Assembly (NCBI GenBank): GCA_964016885.1
Contig: OZ024741.1
Location: 109,926,001-109,990,000 of the forward strand
Origin: Eledone cirrhosa
Taxonomy: Eukaryota
Direction: 5' to 3'
Length of the DNA: 64,000 nt
The translations under genes were made by a program, and so were the position numbers. This document shows positions 57,270 to 64,000 of the stretch, one piece after another. Each line of letters begins with the position of its first letter. Position 1 is the first letter of the stretch. Under the pieces are notes generated by a model, which saw only the letters and a program-made list of their open reading frames with translations, was not told where the DNA came from and did not search any database.

Positions 57270-57676
57270 AAGAGATAGGGATGCAGGCAAAACACCTAGA
57301 TGTGACAAAGCTGTCCATTTGATGTCAATGTTGTAAGACAAATGCAAGAGAAGGATGGATCTACGGACCATTGATGAGGAGTTTGCAGATCCAGTATCGA
57401 ATACAAATTCAGTTTCATTGAAGCTACAGGTATTATACCAACCCGCTTGGACCAAAGTATAATGAAACTTGGATTTGTGGAGAAAGAACTTAGCGCCTTA
57501 ATTCATAAGCTACAAATGGCCGCAATATCTGGAACCTTTAAGAATTGTAAAAGATTCTTACGATTCAATGGATAGGCGCTTACACAAGAGACATCGGAAA
57601 TATCCTTTCCTATACAGCCTTACCACCGAGAAGGTGGCCGGTCAAACATATTTTCCAAATTAAGAGAGAGAGAACA
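57270..57676 (+). mobile_element. R4/Dong-like (RLE) LINE 3' fragment followed by (CATA)n
   Basis: Manual translation across frameshifts SCPFDVNVVRQMQEK..YGPLMRSLQ..ATGIIPTRLDQSIMKLGFVEKELSALIHKLQMAAISGTFKNCKRFLRFNG*. Confidence 0.75.
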
Positions 57677-57688
57677 TACATACATAGA

Positions 57689-57835
57689 CTACAAATGGCC
57701 GCGATATCTGGCACCTTCAAAATTTTCAAAACATTCTTGCGATTCAAGGGATGACAATTTCTTTTCTTTTATAATCTTGCCACCAGGAAGGTGGCCGGTT
57801 AAAAATGTACTTCGAAACTAAGAGAAAGAGAACAC
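57689..57835 (+). mobile_element. Second, shorter 3' end of the same R4/Dong-like family, followed by (CATA)n
   Basis: LQMAAISGTFKIFKTFLRFKG* and shared 3'UTR ccacc.ggaaggtggccggt...taagaga.agagaac. Confidence 0.75.
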
Positions 57836-58027
57836 ATACATACATACATACATACATACATACATACATACATACATACATACATACATGCATGCATGCA
57901 TACATACATACATACATACATACATACATACATACATACATACATACATACATACAGACACACATACATACAGACACACATACATAATACATACATACAT
58001 ACATACATACATACATACATACATACA

Positions 58028-58058
<31 letters not shown>

Positions 58059-58794
58059 GTATGTATAGTATATATGTGGGTAGCTGTGAATGTATGTTTT
58101 CTCTAATTCTAAGAAAGATAGAACATACATACACAGCAACTTAGGTATATACTATACATATCTACATATATTCAGAAATACTCATATAATATTCGTGGGC
58201 TATAGAGAAAGCAAAGTTCAGTGATATAATCTGTACAATAAATTGTCAATTTAAGAGATTTGACTGGAGAAATACTGTAATTAATATAATATTTATTACA
58301 TATTGAATTAATTATTTCAATTATTATTATTTAGAAAACTGTAAAACTTGTCTGACACAGAAAAAATTTGCAATAAAATACAGCTGAATGTCCTTCACAT
58401 TTAACTCATAAATACATAAACATACACACATATACACACGCACATATATACATACATATATACACACATTTACAGACATATACAGGCATACTCACATATA
58501 CACATACAAGCTTTTTTTCTATTGCTCTCTTTCTCCCTTTTCTCTTTCTTTAAACATACACATGTATGCATACATACATACACACATACATATATATACA
58601 TGTACATGTATATATATATATATATTTGTGTGTGTGCGTGTATGTATGTATGTATGTATGTATGTATGTATGTATGTATGTATGTATGTATGAAATAGTA
58701 TAAGTTTCGACTTTCTGCGCACCTAGTTCAAATCCCATCGAGCCCAACGTTACCTCTTATCATTTCGAGGTAAATAGTCTAGTACTGAAGCCGT

Positions 58795-58896
<102 letters not shown>

Positions 58897-59126
58897 GAGG
58901 CCAAAAATGTTGAATTTCCTTAATTATTAATTCCTGCAAACACTATACACATTTCAGTGGGTTGGCTTTGTAAGAACCTGGTGACATCTTCAGGTGTAAA
59001 TTGCATAATAGAAGTATACCAACAGAAAGAATGTAAACTTTAAGAAAACAAGCAAAGAAAAAACAGCGAAAAAAATGTGTAATATTTTTGTTTTGGGCCC
59101 AGAGACGAACAAGAGAGCATGTTCTC

Positions 59127-59199
<73 letters not shown>

Positions 59200-59354
59200 C
59201 TCTCTAAGTAATTGGCTATTTTTAAACCTGGACAGCGATAGGTTCCGCCAGGTTCAAATTCCCATTAAACGCTATGTCAGGACGACGGCCCTACGACTCC
59301 ATCAGAATTTAAGGTCCCATTTCATGGCATGCCATATAATGGTTCCTGATATAG

Positions 59355-59540
59355 ACACAAGGCCAACAATTTGAGGGAGGGAAAGTAGATTAGATCGACC
59401 CCAGTTCGTTACTGGTACTTTATTTTATCAACCAAGTAGGGATGAAAGGCACAGCTAACCTCGATGGGATTTGAACTCAGAACGTAAAGGGACGTAACTA
59501 TGCTGCAAAGCACGTTGGCCGACGCTCTACAGATATTGCC
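59355..59540 (-). mobile_element. tRNA-derived SINE
   Basis: Reverse complement of the family core. Confidence 0.8.
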
Positions 59541-59561
59541 AATAATGATAATGATAATAAT

Positions 59562-60900
59562 ATTTTCTTTATTGGCCACAAGTGCCGACATATAGGGGAC
59601 AATACAAAGAACAGAGACAGTGGTTGTTTTATAGAAAAATCAAGTGAAAAATATATAAAACAATAACAATTAACAATATAATTGTAACAAGAAAAATTCC
59701 CCAATAGGCGAAGGACCATTAAGGTGCTACTCAGGAACCCCACAATCCTGAACCACCCGACGTTCCAAAAGCACCCGAAGAAAGCATTCCTCTCTACAAA
59801 TCAGCCTACATGCGCATGGTCAGATTAGGCCTATTCACACGAGCTATCCTCGCAACATTCACCCACCTTTTAGCAAATGTAATCGGGGGCAGCACTTCCC
59901 AATCCTCCCTCATCTTCCGGAGAGAAATGTGTCTGTCTTCAGTCCTTTCAGACTCGTCAACCACACAACTTCTTCGCTACAGCTACCAAGCAGAGGAAAA
60001 CTGTCCTCCCTTCTCGGCCAAAAGTATGTGGAGGGGCAATCTTCACAATGGATTCGGTCGATAGCCGGATCCGTTCCACAGATGTTAGCAGCTGTTTATG
60101 TGTGTATTTATTGTGGGAAACTTTCCTCATCTTTCCTTTGTTTATTCTCTCTTAGTTGTTGTTGTTGTTGGTGGTGGTGGTTTAGCTACTGTTGTTGCTG
60201 CGGCGGTTTTTTGTCCCGGCCTCTTGCATTTTTCAGCTGAGGCCAGAAGGCTCGCAGATGTGTCACTTCGCTGCAGACGAAGCAGTGAGGCCTTTTGCCA
60301 TCCGTGACCACATGGTCCGGGATGTTTTTAAGTTCGCCTGGCCTGATTTGGAGAAGAATCTCCAAATCCACCCCGGACGAGTCTTCTCTCATGGAGTTTT
60401 TCATATGTCAAGGTGGGTACCATCGGGACTCTGATCGACCATGCATCCCAGGAGCCACCATCAGTTCAGTCCTGGTTGGAGCCTCGGAATGAGGACCTTT
60501 ACCGTTCTTCTTCCCATGTAGGACAGGTACATGATAATGTGGTCGATATTACAAGGGACCACAGAGTGTTTTATGGGAAGAGCCTCGGTTTTGAACAGCA
60601 CCGAGATGGTGCTGAACTGTCTTGCCCTAGCTATGTACTCAATGTCTTCTCTGATGCATTTCAGTGCTGCCTCCACTTGTGATTGGAGAGGCCAGTCCCA
60701 CTTTATGTATTTGCACTGAAATGCATCTACAAATCAGTGTCCTTATTTTGGTTGCTACCATTACTTCGGCCGGGACTGTTAGGTTGGCCCAGGATCTTTT
60801 CTTTCTTAATAAGTTTCCATACCTAGGCCAAACGTTCGTTCTTGCCTGAGATATCAACTTGAAAAAATTGTCCGTTGTCCGACGCTCTACCGGTACTGCC
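59562..60900 (-). mobile_element. Internally deleted Tx1-type LINE copy E (ORF1 remnant joined to ORF2 C-terminus and 3'UTR) in (AAT)n
   Basis: ORF1-like YMGRRTVKV, LLQIRPGELKNIPD..GKRPHCFVC; ORF2 end ARVNRPNLTMRM*; 3' end tttgtattgtcccct..ttgtggccaataaagaaa; AAT repeats at 59541-59561 and 60901-60928. Confidence 0.82.
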
Positions 60901-61519
60901 AATGATAATAGTAATAATACTAATAGTACACGAAAGATTTATTCTTCTGACAAATATAAAGGAGAAAATATACTAAAAAATCTTTCTCAAGCTATATTAT
61001 TTGTGTATAAATGTGTGAATATATATCATAATCTGAGCATTCACTCGAGAAATAAGATATGGACATCAATTTTGCTCATTCTTGTGTCATCAGAGAAATT
61101 ATATCTCAACGAAAATTTATATCATAAGAATCACCTGATATACATATCATGTAATTGTTGTGGTGTAAGGATGTGTTTTCACTGACATTGCTTCTTCAAA
61201 TATTTCTGTTTACGTAAACATTTTTAGTAGTTTTAGTTAATAACAGTTCTGTATGTACACATGTGAATATATAATATACTTCAGCTGTTTAGTATACAAT
61301 ATAATATGGAATTGAATTAACTACCAACGTAAGCACTACATTTATACAAATTAGTAGGTCACATTTTCTTGTTTGGCAATAATTAATTGGGTATATAAAA
61401 CCTTTTATTGGGTGTTACTTCATGGATTGTGAAGGATGCAGAAAGTCTCTGAGGTCGATGTAAATAAAGAAGGAAAGTTGTTCGTCTTTTTCACTCTATG
61501 GAAAAACACGTAAATAGTT

Positions 61520-61720
61520 TCTAGCATAGACACAAGATCAGAATTTTTCTTAGGGTGAAGTAGGGGGAAAATCTATTATACGAACCTTAGTACTTGACTG
61601 GTATTTATTTTTATCGACCATGGAAGGACGAAAGGCAAAGTTTACCTAGACGGGATTTGAACTCAGAACGTAAAGAGACAAATAAATGCTGCTAAGAATT
61701 TGTCCAATGCTCTAACGATT
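61520..61720 (-). mobile_element. tRNA-derived SINE
   Basis: Reverse complement of the family core and B box. Confidence 0.75.
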
Positions 61721-61934
61721 CAAACGGAGAGCGACTGAAACATTCGAGGTGCTTATTTAAACAGTCTTTCTCTGTATATTTCACTTCTCCGAACTACACA
61801 GCTGGCAAATTGCCCTCCCATTGACGTAGGGCGGGTATTTCCAGTATCCTCCATTTAATGGAAAATGCTGCACTGTTATCTTTGAGATCTCAAAGATAAC
61901 GGCACAGCATAAAACATGTCCAGCGATTCTTTCC

Positions 61935-62060
61935 TGAAACATCCTAATCACATGTCCGTTGTGATCTCTCAATTCGGGGAAGTAGCGTCTCTTCCTGGAG
62001 CGACTCTCTGATCGCAGAGTTACGCACTCTGTCAGGTAACGTTACGTTACGCCAAAGACT
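61935..62060 (-). pseudogene. RTE-clade LINE fragment
   Basis: [29 protein letters not shown]. Confidence 0.65.
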
Positions 62061-62098
62061 CTTCAAAGGAACCCATGTTGGCCGCTTGTTACCTGATC

Positions 62099-62138
<40 letters not shown>

Positions 62139-62181
62139 GAAAGGTATAGAAAGTATTGTAACAAGAAGCCAACAGTATTCC

Positions 62182-62232
<51 letters not shown>

Positions 62233-62559
62233 ATGTGTGTGTGTTTATTATAATGATATGCAAATTAGTATGTCCATTTCAGAATAATACTAAGAGCGAA
62301 TTGGTATATATTCCCATCAAATACATGTTTTCTTGTGGTTGATTGGACGATATACACATCTTCTGATCCGAAAATCGATTAAAGGTTTATCATTTTTTTA
62401 ATTTACAGGGTAATTCGTATTTTCTGGCCTGTTTACATGCCTACGAATTAGATATGTTTATATACTTCTACATGTTGGTGCAATCTCGGTTACATACTGT
62501 ATTTATAGAGATATAATGTTATCATACACTTCGGCTGCTAACGCTCCTCTTACTATACA

Positions 62560-62591
62560 CACGCACATATATATGTGCATATATATATACA

Positions 62592-62630
<39 letters not shown>

Positions 62631-62664
62631 TATACACGTATATCTAATACACACACACACACAC

Positions 62665-62702
<38 letters not shown>

Positions 62703-64000
62703 TATATACGTATATCTAATACACACACACACATATATATACACACACACACACACACATATACATATATATATATATATATATATAAGTATATATGAGC
62801 ATGTATGTATATATGCATACGCAGACATACATATACTCAACAGCAGCAGACGATCTCGGTGCTTCTTCAAGAACCAAAAGGACAATAGTGATAAATTACC
62901 GACCCCACAGACCAATATCACCCTCTATGACAGTACACACACACGCACACATAAGCATATACATACACACACATTCATACACACATACACACAACAGTGC
63001 ACGCATGCATACACACATATACAATGTACACATATACCAACACACACGTACTATAAAGCGCGCATACACATGCACATTACACACACACACACACATATTC
63101 AAACAAACACGCAATACTATAAAGCACCTACGTAAATATATACTACAATACACATATACATACAAACACACACAGCCAAATACACACAAACACACAGAGC
63201 CACATACAAACACACAGTTACATACATACAAATACACACATCCACTTACATACAAACACACAGTTATATACATACAAATACACACAGTTACATACATACA
63301 AATACACACAGCCAAATTCACACCAACGCACACATCCCCATACATACAAATACACACAGCCACATACATACAAATACACTGCCACATTCACACCAACGCA
63401 CAGTCACATACAAACACACAGTTACATACATACAAATACACAGTTACATACAAATACACACATCCACATTCACATCAACACACACAGTCACATACAAACA
63501 AACACACAGCCACATTCACACCAACACAACAGCCACATTCACACAACACACACATACAAACACAGTCACATACGCACATTAACTTAAATCGGATCATCTT
63601 TGCCACTGTAAACCATTCAAACCGTATAGGTGGCGCCACAGGTCTACTTCCGTTCTCTATTTCTTCATGACGTACATCCTCAAGATGTCTGCCTTTGTAT
63701 GCCTGTGTGTGTATCTATATGTGTGCATGCATATACGTATGTATGCCTGTGTGTATATGTATGTGTGTGCATGCGTGTGTGCATATATGTATGTGCGCAT
63801 GTGTGTGTACATGTATGGATGTATGTACGTATATATGCATGTGTGTATATATATATATATATATATGTTTGTATGTGTGTGTATGAATGTTTATTTATAT
63901 ATATGTGTGTGTGTGTGTGTGTTTGTATACATATATGTGTTTGCATATGTACGTGTGTATGTGTGTTTTTGTTTGCATATATGTGTGTAGTAGTGTGTTT
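62560..64000. repeat. Degenerate (TA)n/(CA)n/(TG)n microsatellite field with short unique islands
   Basis: Direct reading. Confidence 0.9.

Overview
Repeat-saturated, AT-rich animal genomic DNA. The microsatellite load and SINE families suggest an octopod cephalopod (inference only). No host protein-coding gene can be supported; nearly all long ORFs in the track are microsatellite artefacts. The real content is mobile DNA: (1) two blocks of a 466-bp, non-coding, hairpin-rich tandem repeat inside (TA)n tracts (12735-14759, 17670-18710), in which each full monomer carries a type I hammerhead ribozyme, i.e. a retrozyme-like system; (2) Penelope-like element remnants and further minimal hammerhead motifs, including a 280-bp palindrome; (3) three head-to-tail Tx1-type LINEs (29.1-43.0 kb) separated by (ATCT)n, one with an uninterrupted 1143-aa ORF2, plus further copies in (AGAT)n and a sister family in (AAT)n; (4) R4/Dong-like 3' ends stacked in (CATA)n, fragments of CR1, RTE, R2-group LINEs and a Tc1/mariner transposase, MITEs, tRNA-derived SINEs, and 24-, 30- and ~62-bp minisatellites. 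All coordinates and structures were read by eye.
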